A DNA stretch of 64,000 nt. Origin: Oscillospiraceae bacterium (GTDB lineage: Bacteria > Bacillota > Clostridia > Oscillospirales > CAG-272). The position numbers were made by a program, and so were the translations under genes. Location: positions 6,263-70,262 of the forward strand of contig QAKK01000038.1 of NCBI GenBank assembly GCA_003343845.1, written 5' to 3'. The notes below the pieces were generated by a model, which ran no database searches, had not been told where the DNA came from, and saw nothing but the letters and a program-made list of their open reading frames with translations. Shown piece after piece: positions 37,248 to 46,985 of the stretch. How positions within the stretch are numbered: position 1 is the first letter of the stretch; each line of letters opens with the position of its first letter.

Positions 37248-37325
37248 CCTTTTTTTGCAGATATGAAGAAAAACCTTGCGGGAGAGCAGCGCGGGAGCGA
37301 CGGGAGCAAGCCGCCGCCCTACAAA

Positions 37326-37372
37326 GTGGGTGCGTTTCTCAGGCTTCCCCCAAGAGGGAAGGCTTTGCGTTA
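37326..37372 (+). repeat. third copy (diverged) of the GC-rich hairpin repeat seen after tsf
   Basis: GTGGGTGCGTTTCTCAGGCTTCCCCCAAGAGGGAAGGCTTTGCG compared with GGGTGCGTATTCAAGCCTTCCCCAGTGGGGGAAGAC at 25709-25744. Same orientation. Confidence 0.5.
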
Positions 37373-37394
37373 CACAAGGGAGGCTTAATGACAA

Positions 37395-40300
37395 TCAAAA
37401 GAACGTATACTGGTTCGTTTCGCTGAGGTTTTTCAGCGCGCCGCTCTGGGAAAGAATTTCGATGACGCTCTTGTTCAGCTTGGCGCGCTCGCGCAGCTCC
37501 TCGATCGAGAAAAACTCGCCGTCGGCGCGCGCCTCGACAATCTTCTGCGCCGCGCCCTCGCCGAGTCCGCCGAGCGCCGCGAAGGGCAGGCGGATCTTTC
37601 CGTTCTCGGGCAGGAACGCCGTGGCGTCCGACTTGTAGAGATCGACGGGCAGGAACACCACGCCGCGCGCAAGCGCTTCCCGCGCAAGCGACAGCGCCGT
37701 GACGGTTTCTGCCTCCTTCTGCGTGGCGTCCGGCTTCTTGGACAGCTCCTCGATCGTGGCGCTGACCGCGCCTCTGCCGCGCATCACAATATCGCCGTCA
37801 AAGCCGCCGGGCGCGACCGTGAAGTACGCCGCGTAGAATTCCATCGGATAGTAGATCTTGTACCACGCAAGGCGGATCGCACTCATGACATATGCCGCAG
37901 CGTGCGCCTTCGGGAACATGTATTTGATCTTTTTGCAGGAGGCGATGTACCACTCGGGCACATCGTGCTTCAGCATCTCTTCCTCCCACTCGGGCTTGAC
38001 ACCCTTGCCTTTGCGGACGGCTTCCATGATGTCAAACGAGAGTTTATTTTCCAGCCCGTGGCGGATGAGATAGAGCATGATGCCGTCGCGTGTACCCACG
38101 ACCTCGGAGATCGTGCAGGTCCCCGCCTTGATGAGGTCCTGTGCGTTGCCGAGCCACACGTCGGTGCCGTGCGTCAGACCCGAGATCTGCAAAAGGTCGG
38201 CAAAGGTCTTCGGCTTTGCGTCCTCGAGAACGCCCTGGATGAAGCGCGTGCCCATCTCGGGCAGCCCGAGCGTGCCGAGGTTGCAGCCGATGTCGTCCGG
38301 CGTGACGCCGAGCGGCGCACAGCTTTCAAACAGCTCGTAGGCGGCGCGGTCGTTCATCTTCACGTCCATGACACTCGTGTGCGTATAGCGCTCGAGCATC
38401 TTGTACTTGGTCGGCATATCGTGCCCCAGCTCGTCCAGCTTCAGAATGGTATCGTGCAGATACGAGAACTGGAAGTGCGTGGTGACGATGTTGGAGTTGG
38501 GGTCGTCTGCCGGATGCTGCACCGGCGAGAAGTCGTAGATGCTGTATTCCTTCGGCACAACGATGATGCCGCCGGGGTGCTGTCCCGTGGTGCGCTTGAC
38601 ACCGACGCAGCCTGCGATCAGACGGTCGATGTCCGCACGGCAAAGTGAGATGCCTTTTTCCTCGAGGTACTTCGAGACGAAGCCGAACGCCGTCTTGGAC
38701 GCCAGCGTGCCGATCGTACCCGCACGGAAGACGTTTTCGCTGCCGAACAGTTCCTCGGTATATTTATGCACCTTACCCTGCACGTCGCCCGAGAAGTTGA
38801 GGTCGATATCCGGCGACTTGTCGCCGAAGAAGCCGAGGAAGGTCTCAAACGGAATGTCGTGCCCGTCGCCGCGCAGCGGACCGCCGCAGACCGGGCAGGT
38901 CTTGTCCGGCAGGTCAAAGCCCGAGCCGACCGAGCCGTCGGTGAAGAACTCGCTGTATTTGCACTTCGGGCAGACATAGTGCGGCGGCAGCGGGTTGACC
39001 TCGGAGATGCCCGCCATCGACGCGACGAAGGACGAGCCGACCGAGCCGCGCGAGCCGACAAGGTAGCCCTGGCTCTCACTGTAGGCAACCAGCTTCTGCG
39101 CGATGATGTAGAGCACGGCAAAGCCGTGCTTGATAATGGAGTCCAGCTCCTTTTCCAGACGCGCGGATACGATCTCGGGCAGATCGTCGCCGTAGAGCGC
39201 GCGGGCGTGCTCCCAGCACATCCGCTGCAGGTCTTCCTCCGCGCCCTCCATGTTCGGCGTGTAGGTTCCCTTCGGGATCGGGCGGATGTCCTCGATCATG
39301 TCATTGATCCGGTTTGTGTTTTCAACGACCACCTCGTAGGCGGTCTCTTCGCCGAGGTAGGAGAATTCCTCAAGCATCTCGTCGGTGGTGCGCAGGTAAA
39401 GCCCGACGTCCTTGTCTGCGTCCGAAAACTTCATGCCGGAGAGCAGAATCTTGCGGTAGATCTCATCCTCTTTGTTCATGAAGTGCGCGTCGCAGGTGGC
39501 AACGACCGGCTTGCCGAGCTTTTTGCCCAGCGCGACGATCTTGCGGTTGAGGTCGCGCAGGCCCTCGTCGTCCGCGACCTTGCCCTCCGCAATCAGGAAG
39601 CGGTTGTTGCAGATCGGCTGGATCTCGAGGTAGTCATAAAACGAGGCGATGCGCTCGATCTCGTCCTGCGACTGCCCGTCCAGCACGGCGCGGAACAGCT
39701 CGCCCGCCTCGCAGGCGGAGCCGATGATCAGCCCGTCGCGGTATTGCTCCAACACGGTCTTCGGGATGCGGGGATTGCGGCGGTAGTATTGCAGATAGCT
39801 CATCGAGATGAGGCGGTACAGGTTTTTCAGCCCGACGAGGTTTTTGACCAGAATGATCTGATGATAGGTGCGCAGATTCAGCGGGTCGGCATTCGACTTC
39901 ATGACCTCGTTGATACGCCCGAGGTCGGAAATGCCCTCGTTCATCAGCTGCTCGGACATCTTGAAGTAGATCATTGCCAGCATCTCCGCGTCGTCGCAGG
40001 CGCGGTGATGGTTGAAGTCGCCGAGTCCGTAATGCTCGGCAAGGATGTCCAGCTTGTGCTTCTTCAGCGTGGGGTTGGCAAAGCGGGAAAGTGCCACCGT
40101 GTCGAGATAGGGATTGGTGAAGGGAATCTTCAGCTTTTCGGCGGCGGCACGGATGAAGCTCGTATCGAAGTTTGCGTTGTGCGCGATCAGCATGCGGTCG
40201 CCTGCAAATTCGAGAAAGGCGGGGATCGCCGTGTCGATCTTCGGCGCGTCCGCCACCATCTCGTCGGTGATGCCGGTCAGTTCCGTGATCTTTTCGGGGA

Positions 40301-41768
40301 TGGGCATCTCGGGGTTGACAAAGGTGTTGAAGCGGTCCAGCACCTTGCCCTCACGGATGCGCACCGCGCCGATCTCGGTGATGCCGCAGTTCGACACCGA
40401 GAGACCGGTGGTCTCAATATCGAAGACGATAAACTCGCTGTCCAGCCGCTTGTCGCATTTGCCGTAGAGCGCGCGGGCGGTGTCGTCCACAAAATAGGCT
40501 TCCATGCCGTAGATGACCTTCACGCCGCCTTGCTTTTCGGCTGCGAGCATCATCTCGGGGAAGGACTGCACGTTACCGTGATCGGTGATGGCGATGGCGG
40601 GATGCCCCCAGCGCTTTGCCGTGGCAATGGCGTCGGCGGGGTCGATGATGGCGTCCATCTGCGACATGACGCTGTGCATGTGCAGCTCCACGCGTTTTTT
40701 CTCGGCTTTGTCGGCGCGCAGCACGGCTTTGATCTCCATGATGTGCTGCGGGCGCATGATGTTCTCGCCGAGGAAGTCGTCGCCGCGCACACGCCCGTAG
40801 ACGGCGTAGCACTTGCCGGTCTTCATGTCGCCGACAAAGCCCGCCTCCTCCTTCGGAAGGGCGGCGCGCAGATAAATCGAGGAATCGCCGTCCGTGATGC
40901 CGATGGTGACATTGGTCTTGTCGCCGCGGCGGGTATCCTTGGTCTCGATGGAGTAGACCTTGCCCATGACGATGAAGCTGCCGGTGCGGGACTGCAATTC
41001 GCGGATCGCCGTCGGCGTGTTGAAGGTGAACTCATCGCCGAGGATCTGCTTCGGCTCGCTTGTGTCAAAGGTCATGCAGCCGCTGGTGAACAGACTGTCA
41101 CCCAGCTGGGATGCACCGTGCTCTTCTTTTGAAATGGTGGCAACGACCGGACCGCGCGGCGCTGTTTCCTCGGCGGCGGGCGCCTTGTGCGGCATGGTGC
41201 GCTCGGCGGCGAGGGCGCGGCGGACATCATCGTCCATGCGGCGCAGCTCGTCGTCAAAGATCTGCCGCCGCATGCTCTGCACATCGGCGGTATCGCCCTC
41301 TTTGATCTCGACTTTGTAGTCCAGTCCGAACTCGCTCCTGATGATCCCGGCGATGACATCTGCCGTGTGCGCCGCGTCGAGAATGCCGATGCCGCCCATG
41401 CCGAACGGAATGCCGATCTCGATCTTTCCGTCGCCGACGCGGACATCCGCATAGCCGAAAAAGCCCTTGGAGACCGTGCCGACGCGCTCGGTCTCGAGAA
41501 GGACTGCGGGAATGTATGCTTTGTCAAACAGCTCTGCCGGATAATGCGGCAGAATGCGCATCGAATTCAGCCGGTAGGCTGCGGCGATGCCGCCTTCGAT
41601 GGCGTACAGTTCCTTTTTGTCGACAAGCGCGGGAAAATCGGCGCGGATCTCCGCCATGCGCAGTGCTTTGTCGGCGCGCAGCGAAATGTTTGCCGCCGTG
41701 TCGAGCAGGGCGCGCTCCCGCGCCGAGGGCGTGTATTTCTCGAAAATCTCCAGGATCGTTTTTGCCAT
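37395..41768 (-). CDS. polC: DNA polymerase III alpha subunit, PolC type (with 3'-5' exonuclease)
   Basis: 1457 aa. PHP domain (ELHMHSVMSQMD), exonuclease insert (FIVFDIETTGLS), and the Zn module CPKC...CPVCG. Confidence 0.97.
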   Translation of the reverse strand: MAKTILEIFEKYTPSARERALLDTAANISLRADKALRMAEIRADFPALVDKKELYAIEGGIAAAYRLNSMRILPHYPAELFDKAYIPAVLLETERVGTVSKGFFGYADVRVGDGKIEIGIPFGMGGIGILDAAHTADVIAGIIRSEFGLDYKVEIKEGDTADVQSMRRQIFDDELRRMDDDVRRALAAERTMPHKAPAAEETAPRGPVVATISKEEHGASQLGDSLFTSGCMTFDTSEPKQILGDEFTFNTPTAIRELQSRTGSFIVMGKVYSIETKDTRRGDKTNVTIGITDGDSSIYLRAALPKEEAGFVGDMKTGKCYAVYGRVRGDDFLGENIMRPQHIMEIKAVLRADKAEKKRVELHMHSVMSQMDAIIDPADAIATAKRWGHPAIAITDHGNVQSFPEMMLAAEKQGGVKVIYGMEAYFVDDTARALYGKCDKRLDSEFIVFDIETTGLSVSNCGITEIGAVRIREGKVLDRFNTFVNPEMPIPEKITELTGITDEMVADAPKIDTAIPAFLEFAGDRMLIAHNANFDTSFIRAAAEKLKIPFTNPYLDTVALSRFANPTLKKHKLDILAEHYGLGDFNHHRACDDAEMLAMIYFKMSEQLMNEGISDLGRINEVMKSNADPLNLRTYHQIILVKNLVGLKNLYRLISMSYLQYYRRNPRIPKTVLEQYRDGLIIGSACEAGELFRAVLDGQSQDEIERIASFYDYLEIQPICNNRFLIAEGKVADDEGLRDLNRKIVALGKKLGKPVVATCDAHFMNKEDEIYRKILLSGMKFSDADKDVGLYLRTTDEMLEEFSYLGEETAYEVVVENTNRINDMIEDIRPIPKGTYTPNMEGAEEDLQRMCWEHARALYGDDLPEIVSARLEKELDSIIKHGFAVLYIIAQKLVAYSESQGYLVGSRGSVGSSFVASMAGISEVNPLPPHYVCPKCKYSEFFTDGSVGSGFDLPDKTCPVCGGPLRGDGHDIPFETFLGFFGDKSPDIDLNFSGDVQGKVHKYTEELFGSENVFRAGTIGTLASKTAFGFVSKYLEEKGISLCRADIDRLIAGCVGVKRTTGQHPGGIIVVPKEYSIYDFSPVQHPADDPNSNIVTTHFQFSYLHDTILKLDELGHDMPTKYKMLERYTHTSVMDVKMNDRAAYELFESCAPLGVTPDDIGCNLGTLGLPEMGTRFIQGVLEDAKPKTFADLLQISGLTHGTDVWLGNAQDLIKAGTCTISEVVGTRDGIMLYLIRHGLENKLSFDIMEAVRKGKGVKPEWEEEMLKHDVPEWYIASCKKIKYMFPKAHAAAYVMSAIRLAWYKIYYPMEFYAAYFTVAPGGFDGDIVMRGRGAVSATIEELSKKPDATQKEAETVTALSLAREALARGVVFLPVDLYKSDATAFLPENGKIRLPFAALGGLGEGAAQKIVEARADGEFFSIEELRERAKLNKSVIEILSQSGALKNLSETNQYTFF

Positions 41769-41779
41769 TGTCCTACCGC

Positions 41780-42661
41780 TTACTTAATAAAATTGATGGC
41801 GCCGTGCAGGTTGCGGATGCGTACCGCGCCCTCCGTGCGCTTGTATTCGCCGTCCAGCGACCATGCGGTCGGCTCGGCAGGGGTCACCACAAGCTCGGAC
41901 GCCTTGAAAAATTCAAAGCGATCGTTGTCAAAGCGACTGCTTGTGAGCGAATTGATAATCACGCTGAGATCGCCGATCATCTTCGGCATCTTGATCAGCA
42001 GCACTTCAAACATGCCGTCGTTTAAGGAGACCAGCTCATCCTTCAGTTTAACGACGCCGCCGAACGAGGTGGAATTGGCAATGGCGCCGAACACATATTC
42101 GCCCGAAAGCTCCCGACCATCTGCAACGAGCTTCACATAATAGGGCTTGATGCTGCCGAGGTCCTTGATGCCCTCAAAGACATAGGCGGCGTGACCGAAC
42201 ACATTCTTCACATCCTGGGGCGCGTTGTAGGACGCCGCGGTAAACGCGCCGAAGGAAGCGACATAAGTAAAATAGCTGTCATCAAATTTACCGACATCCA
42301 GCGGCAACGGCATGCTGTTTGCAATGGCGTGCGCCGCCTTTTTGATGTCGGCGGGAATGCCCATGCTGGAGGCAAAATCGTTGGTGCTGCCGCAGGGAAT
42401 ATAGCCGAGCGGGATGGTCACGCCCGCATCCAGCATGCCGCTGATGGTCTCATTGAGCGTGCCGTCGCCGCCGCAGCAGACAATGCGGTCAAAGTCGCCG
42501 CCGCGGGCAGCAAATTCCGCCGCGTCGCCGCGCCTGCCGGTCACCATGACGGTGGTGGCAAAGCCGCCCGCCGAGAAGATGGAGATCACGTCGAGCAGAA
42601 GCGGGCGCAGCCGCTTGGTTCCCGCCACGGGATTGACGATCATCAATAACTTTTTTTCCAT
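41780..42661 (-). CDS. diacylglycerol/lipid kinase family protein (YegS/DagK type)
   Basis: MEKKLLMIVNPVAGTKR...VCCGGDGTLNE... Confidence 0.85.
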   Translation of the reverse strand: MEKKLLMIVNPVAGTKRLRPLLLDVISIFSAGGFATTVMVTGRRGDAAEFAARGGDFDRIVCCGGDGTLNETISGMLDAGVTIPLGYIPCGSTNDFASSMGIPADIKKAAHAIANSMPLPLDVGKFDDSYFTYVASFGAFTAASYNAPQDVKNVFGHAAYVFEGIKDLGSIKPYYVKLVADGRELSGEYVFGAIANSTSFGGVVKLKDELVSLNDGMFEVLLIKMPKMIGDLSVIINSLTSSRFDNDRFEFFKASELVVTPAEPTAWSLDGEYKRTEGAVRIRNLHGAINFIK

Positions 42662-42697
42662 GTCACAACCTCCGAAAAGTCCGGGTACAGTGTTTAC

Positions 42698-42726
42698 ATT
42701 ATAGCATAGTTTTTCCGGCGCGGCAA
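42698..42726 (-). promoter_or_regulatory. sigma-A promoter for lipid kinase-polC operon
   Basis: Minus strand: TTGCCG, 17 nt, TGcTATAAT. Confidence 0.55.
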
Positions 42727-42741
42727 CGCCTTCGCGAAAAA

Positions 42742-43539
42742 TCAGAGCGTCGTTGCACTGTCTTCGTCGAGCAGCAGGGCAACCTGCGTGATGAACTTGT
42801 CCGGGTCACGGTGCTGCGCCGGTCCCTCGATGTAGATGTGCCGGCAGATGCCGCGCGTCGGCAGTTGCATTTTTGCGGCGGCATCGCGCAGCCGCGCGTG
42901 CATGGCAGGCAGCCCCGCATAGTCGCCGCGCAGTGTGCAGAGCAGCGCCGGCTGTGCCGGCAGGATGCGCACATGCTCGCCCGTGCTGCCGGGCGGGATG
43001 GCAATACAATAGGTGGAGAGGGAGGAGTCGTGCAGCGGGAACTCGGTGAAAAACATGCGCCTGCCCGTGTCCGAGCCGTACTGCCGCATGGCGGCGGGGA
43101 TCACATCGCGCAGCTGTGCCATGCGCGCCTCGACCGTGCCCGCGCGCATGGTGCGCGCATAGACCGTCACGTCGGGCAGGATGACGCGCCTCGGGGCGTC
43201 GCCCGTGTCGACAAGGCGGACGCGCAGCTTCTCAATGCTGAGGTTCAGTTCGTCGCGCATGGCTTCCAGTCGTGCGATCAGCGGCACAAGGTCGGTCTCG
43301 TCCGCAAAATACGCGCGGATCTCGTCAAGCGACAGCCCGAGCTTCTGAAAGATGCGGATTGAGCGGATGCGGGTCAGCGTATCGGTGGTGTAATAGCGGT
43401 TGCCCGCGATGCCTTCCTTGACATCCGGCGCGATCAGCCCGCGATCCTCATAGTTTAAGATCATGCGGCGGGTCAGCCCGAGCGCCCCGGCGACCTCCCC
43501 GATGGATAACAGCTGTGCTTTCGGAAAATCCATGTTCAT
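42742..43539 (-). CDS. MerR-family transcriptional regulator with GyrI-like effector domain
   Basis: N-terminal HTH LSIGEVAGALGLTRRMILNYEDRGLI with a C-terminal domain of about 150 aa. Start at 43539 or 43533. Confidence 0.8.
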   Translation of the reverse strand: MNMDFPKAQLLSIGEVAGALGLTRRMILNYEDRGLIAPDVKEGIAGNRYYTTDTLTRIRSIRIFQKLGLSLDEIRAYFADETDLVPLIARLEAMRDELNLSIEKLRVRLVDTGDAPRRVILPDVTVYARTMRAGTVEARMAQLRDVIPAAMRQYGSDTGRRMFFTEFPLHDSSLSTYCIAIPPGSTGEHVRILPAQPALLCTLRGDYAGLPAMHARLRDAAAKMQLPTRGICRHIYIEGPAQHRDPDKFITQVALLLDEDSATTL

Positions 43540-43677
43540 TTTTTCACAAAACCCCTTGCATCGTACATTGATGTACGGTATATGATACAGTATAGCAGAT
43601 TCCGGCTGCGGCTGCAAGTGGAAATTTCACTGCCGTGCGGCGGAACCGCAAACTATTTTTTCCAAGGAGACAGAATC

Positions 43678-44232
43678 ATGAAGAAACTGATGACCGTACT
43701 GCTCGCGGCAGCCCTTGTGCTGACCGCCGTATTTGCTTTCACCGCCTGCGGTGATGCGGAGGATGCACCCGGTACGGCGAACGCCGGGAGCACGTCCGCA
43801 GCAGAAGACAAGACCCCCGCAGGTACTGCGGAAACGCTGGAAGACGGCTCGGTCTTCCCGGCTGCCCTTTCGAGCGCGGCTGCATATCCCATCCCCGACC
43901 TGACCTACACCACCTGGACGCTTTCGGGCGGCATGGCAGACGGCAAGGAGATGGAGGAAGCGGATCTGGAAAAGCTGCTGGCAACCGTCGGCGGCACGCT
44001 GGAATTCTCGTTCTATGAGAACGGCGAAGTCGATCTCGATCGCGCCGACGGAACCTATGCCGGGACCTACGCCCCCCTGCTGGACGGCTACGCGCTCGAC
44101 ATCGTTTTCAGCGATCTCAATTCCGCTTACTATGCCGTCATGACCGATGTCGAAGGTACGGCGGTGATCATCATCTCGCCCAAGTCCGATTCTGAGATTG
44201 CGCTCTACCTGACGCAGATCGAAGTCGGCTGA
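43678..44232 (+). CDS. lipoprotein, function unknown
   Basis: MKKLMTVLLAAALVLTAVFAFTAC with a lipobox Cys. AAGGAGA RBS. Confidence 0.75.
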   Translation: MKKLMTVLLAAALVLTAVFAFTACGDAEDAPGTANAGSTSAAEDKTPAGTAETLEDGSVFPAALSSAAAYPIPDLTYTTWTLSGGMADGKEMEEADLEKLLATVGGTLEFSFYENGEVDLDRADGTYAGTYAPLLDGYALDIVFSDLNSAYYAVMTDVEGTAVIIISPKSDSEIALYLTQIEVG

Positions 44233-44258
44233 TCGCGGCGGACGCATTACATAAGAGC

Positions 44259-44299
44259 AAACCGAAAAGCGGCTCCCGCAGGGAGCCGCTTTTCGGTTT
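44259..44299. terminator. bidirectional hairpin terminator (lipoprotein / MFS)
   Basis: AAACCGAAAAGCGGCTCCC-GCA-GGGAGCCGCTTTTCGGTTT. Confidence 0.75.
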
Positions 44300-45461
44300 A
44301 TATACGCTTTTTGCCGGAGTTTCGCGCCGCACGTTCCAGCAGCACGAGCGAGAGGACAAGAAAGACGATCAGCCACACCGGCAGCAGATACAGCGTGGTG
44401 CGCTCGGCGACAAGTCCGAACAGCGGCGGGCTGAAGGTTGAGCCGACATAGGCACTTGCCATCTGCACGCCGATGATCGCCTGTGAATATTCCGCGCCGA
44501 AGGTCTTCGGAGTGGAATGGATGATGCTCGGGTAGATCGGCGCGCAGCCCAGCCCCGTGACGATAAGCCCGAGGATCGCGGTTGGCTCGCCGAAGGGGAG
44601 AAAGAGCAGCAGCGCACCGCAGAGCGCGATGCCGATGCCGAGACGGATCATGCCGCGGTCGCCGATACGCTCGGCGACAAAGCCGGAGAGAAAACGCCCG
44701 ACCGTCATGCCGATGAAGAACAGGGAAGCGAACGCGGCGGCGCGCTCGGTTGAGGTGCCGTGTACGCGGACGAGATAGCTGCTTGCCCAAAGCATGGCGA
44801 CCGATTCGGCGGAACAGTAGGCAAAGAAGCCGACAAGCAGGCAGGGCACGCCCGGGATGCGCAGTGTACGCCGCAGTCCGAGTACGCGCGATGCGCCGAC
44901 ATTCGTAGTCACGCCCTGCGCGTTCTTCCACATCGGCAGCGTACAGAGCAGGACCAGCACAATGCCGCTCTGAATATAGGCGACAAACCGATAGCCGTCG
45001 TTCCAGACCGTGTGCGAGAGCGCATAGCTCATCAGCACGGGGCTGACGATCGTGCCGACGCCCCAGAAGCAGTGCAGCCAGCTCATATGCCGCGAGGAAT
45101 AGTGCATGGCGACATAGTTGTTCAGCGCCGCGTCGATCGCACCGGCGCCGAGCCCGTAGGGCACTGCCCACACGCAGAGCAGCGCGAATTTCGTCGAAAA
45201 CGAAAAGCCGAAGAGTGCCGCCGCGGTCAGAAACACGCTTGCCGCGGTGACTTTGCCCGTGCCGAAACGCTTGACCATGCGCTCGGAGAAGAGGCTGGAC
45301 AGGATGGTGCCGCCCGAGATGATCATGGAGACGATGCCGACCGAGGCAAGCGGCACGCCGAAGACCTGCTGCATCGCGGGCCAGCCCGAGCCGAGCAGGG
45401 AGTCCGGCAGTCCGAGGCTGATAAAGGCAAGATAGATGACGGCGAGTAATAAGCTGTACAT
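44298..45461 (-). CDS. MFS transporter
   Basis: 387 aa, 12 hydrophobic segments, and a GRFLSGFVAERIGDRG loop motif. Confidence 0.85.
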   Translation of the reverse strand: MYSLLLAVIYLAFISLGLPDSLLGSGWPAMQQVFGVPLASVGIVSMIISGGTILSSLFSERMVKRFGTGKVTAASVFLTAAALFGFSFSTKFALLCVWAVPYGLGAGAIDAALNNYVAMHYSSRHMSWLHCFWGVGTIVSPVLMSYALSHTVWNDGYRFVAYIQSGIVLVLLCTLPMWKNAQGVTTNVGASRVLGLRRTLRIPGVPCLLVGFFAYCSAESVAMLWASSYLVRVHGTSTERAAAFASLFFIGMTVGRFLSGFVAERIGDRGMIRLGIGIALCGALLLFLPFGEPTAILGLIVTGLGCAPIYPSIIHSTPKTFGAEYSQAIIGVQMASAYVGSTFSPPLFGLVAERTTLYLLPVWLIVFLVLSLVLLERAARNSGKKRI

Positions 45462-45646
45462 GAAAAGCTCCGAAATGTTGGATGCGCGGATGCGCTCAAT
45501 GACAGTATATTGATTCTGCCCGGAAAATGCAAGCGGTACGCAGCAAATCGGACAAGTTCCAAACTTTTATGATACCCTTGATTGACAAGGGTAGAGACCC
45601 AAATTCGGCTTTTTCGCATTTTTTTGCGGAATTTGCGCAAAATCTA

Positions 45647-45675
45647 TTGCAATTTTCAAACCCGCGTTGTATAAT
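45647..45675 (+). promoter_or_regulatory. sigma-A promoter for Rrf2-SUF operon
   Basis: TTGCAA, 17 nt, TGtTATAAT. The near-palindrome AATTTGCGCAAAAT sits just upstream (45630-45643). Confidence 0.6.
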
Positions 45676-45744
45676 GCCCAGTGAAATGATAGGAATTAGG
45701 AGCGGCGTGCCCTGTTTTGCATGCCGGAAAGGACAGAAACGACG

Positions 45745-46224
45745 ATGATGATCTCCTCAAAGGGGCGGTACGCCCTGCGTGTGATGCTGGATATGGCAGA
45801 GCAGAGCGGCGGCGGCAACATCCGTCTCAAGGACATTGCCGCGCGGCAGAATATCTCGGTCAAGTATCTCGAGAGCATCATGACCGCGCTCTGCAAGAGC
45901 GGGCTTGTCGAGAGTGCGCTCGGCAAGGACGGCGGCTATCGGCTGCGCCGCGCGCCGGAGGCTTACACGGCGGGCGAGATTCTGCGCGCCGCCGAGGGCG
46001 AGCTTGCGCCGGTCTCCTGCCTCACCGAGGACGGCAAAAAATGCGGCGGGGTATGCACCTGCTACACGCTCCCGTTCTGGCGGGGGCTGGAAGAACACAT
46101 CAATGCTTACATCGACGGCTACACCCTGCGCGACTTGCTCGATGCCAAGCGGAATACGCCTGTCTGCGGCGGCACGGGCGATGCAGATACAAATTCAGCG
46201 GAAAAGAAGGATACAGAGCAATGA
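45745..46224 (+). CDS. Rrf2-family transcriptional regulator (IscR/CymR-like, Cys-containing)
   Basis: MMISSKGRYALRVMLDMAEQ...IAARQNISVKYLESIM, with C-terminal Cys ligands CL...C...C. Confidence 0.85.
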   Translation: MMISSKGRYALRVMLDMAEQSGGGNIRLKDIAARQNISVKYLESIMTALCKSGLVESALGKDGGYRLRRAPEAYTAGEILRAAEGELAPVSCLTEDGKKCGGVCTCYTLPFWRGLEEHINAYIDGYTLRDLLDAKRNTPVCGGTGDADTNSAEKKDTEQ

Positions 46225-46973
46225 ACAAGGAACAGCTTTTGAAGATAGAAAACCTGCATGTCAGCGTCGGCGACAAGGAGATCCTGCACGGCGTTGATCT
46301 CACGGTCGGTCGGGACGAAATCCATGTGCTGATGGGACCGAACGGCACGGGCAAATCCACGCTCGGCTATGCGGTCACGGGCAATCCCGCCTACAGCGTC
46401 ACCGAAGGACGCATCCTGTTTGACGGAGAAGACATTACGGATATGCCGGTCAACGAGCGCGCAAAGAGCGGCATTTTCCTCTCGTTCCAGAATCCGCTGG
46501 AGGTGCCGGGCGTGACCCTCTCTGCCTTCATCCGCAGCGCGCTGGAGCAGAAGAGCGGCAGCCGCCTGCGCCTGTGGGACTTCAAAAAGAAGCTCGCCGA
46601 GACCATGAAGCTCCTGCAAATGGACGCATCCTATGCCGAGCGCGACCTCAACGTCGGTTTCTCGGGCGGCGAGAAGAAGAAGGCCGAGATTTTGCAGATG
46701 CTGATGCTTGAACCGAAGCTGGCGATCCTCGACGAGACCGATTCGGGCCTTGACGTGGACGCGGTACGCACGGTATCCGAGGGCGTCCGCCTATATCGGG
46801 AGCGCGTGCACGGTTCGCTGCTCATCATCACGCACAGCACCCGCATTCTCGAGGCGCTGCATGTGGACGCGGCACACGTCATGGAAAACGGCGTCATCGT
46901 GAAGAATGGCGGTGCGGAGCTGGTCGATGCGATCAACGAGAGCGGCTTTGCCGCCGTGAACGCACAGGGCTGA
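46221..46973 (+). CDS. sufC: Fe-S cluster assembly ATPase SufC
   Basis: MNKEQLLKIENLHVSVGDKEILHGVDL...GPNGTGKST...FSGGEKKKAEILQM. Start overlaps the Rrf2 stop. Confidence 0.93.
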   Translation: MNKEQLLKIENLHVSVGDKEILHGVDLTVGRDEIHVLMGPNGTGKSTLGYAVTGNPAYSVTEGRILFDGEDITDMPVNERAKSGIFLSFQNPLEVPGVTLSAFIRSALEQKSGSRLRLWDFKKKLAETMKLLQMDASYAERDLNVGFSGGEKKKAEILQMLMLEPKLAILDETDSGLDVDAVRTVSEGVRLYRERVHGSLLIITHSTRILEALHVDAAHVMENGVIVKNGGAELVDAINESGFAAVNAQG

Positions 46974-46985
46974 CCGAGGTGCACC

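Noticed and set aside
25553-37394. The idea that the hairpin repeats after tsf and before pyrH mediated a simple inversion of the pyrH-ispG block.
   Set aside because: The related copies are in direct, not inverted, orientation. The observed gene order (polC upstream of pyrH) also cannot arise from one inversion.
45717-46220. The upstream 168 codons of track ORF 45717-46973, which would extend sufC.
   Set aside because: It is out of frame relative to the clear Rrf2 regulator occupying the same DNA. The SufC homology starts at the ATG at 46221.
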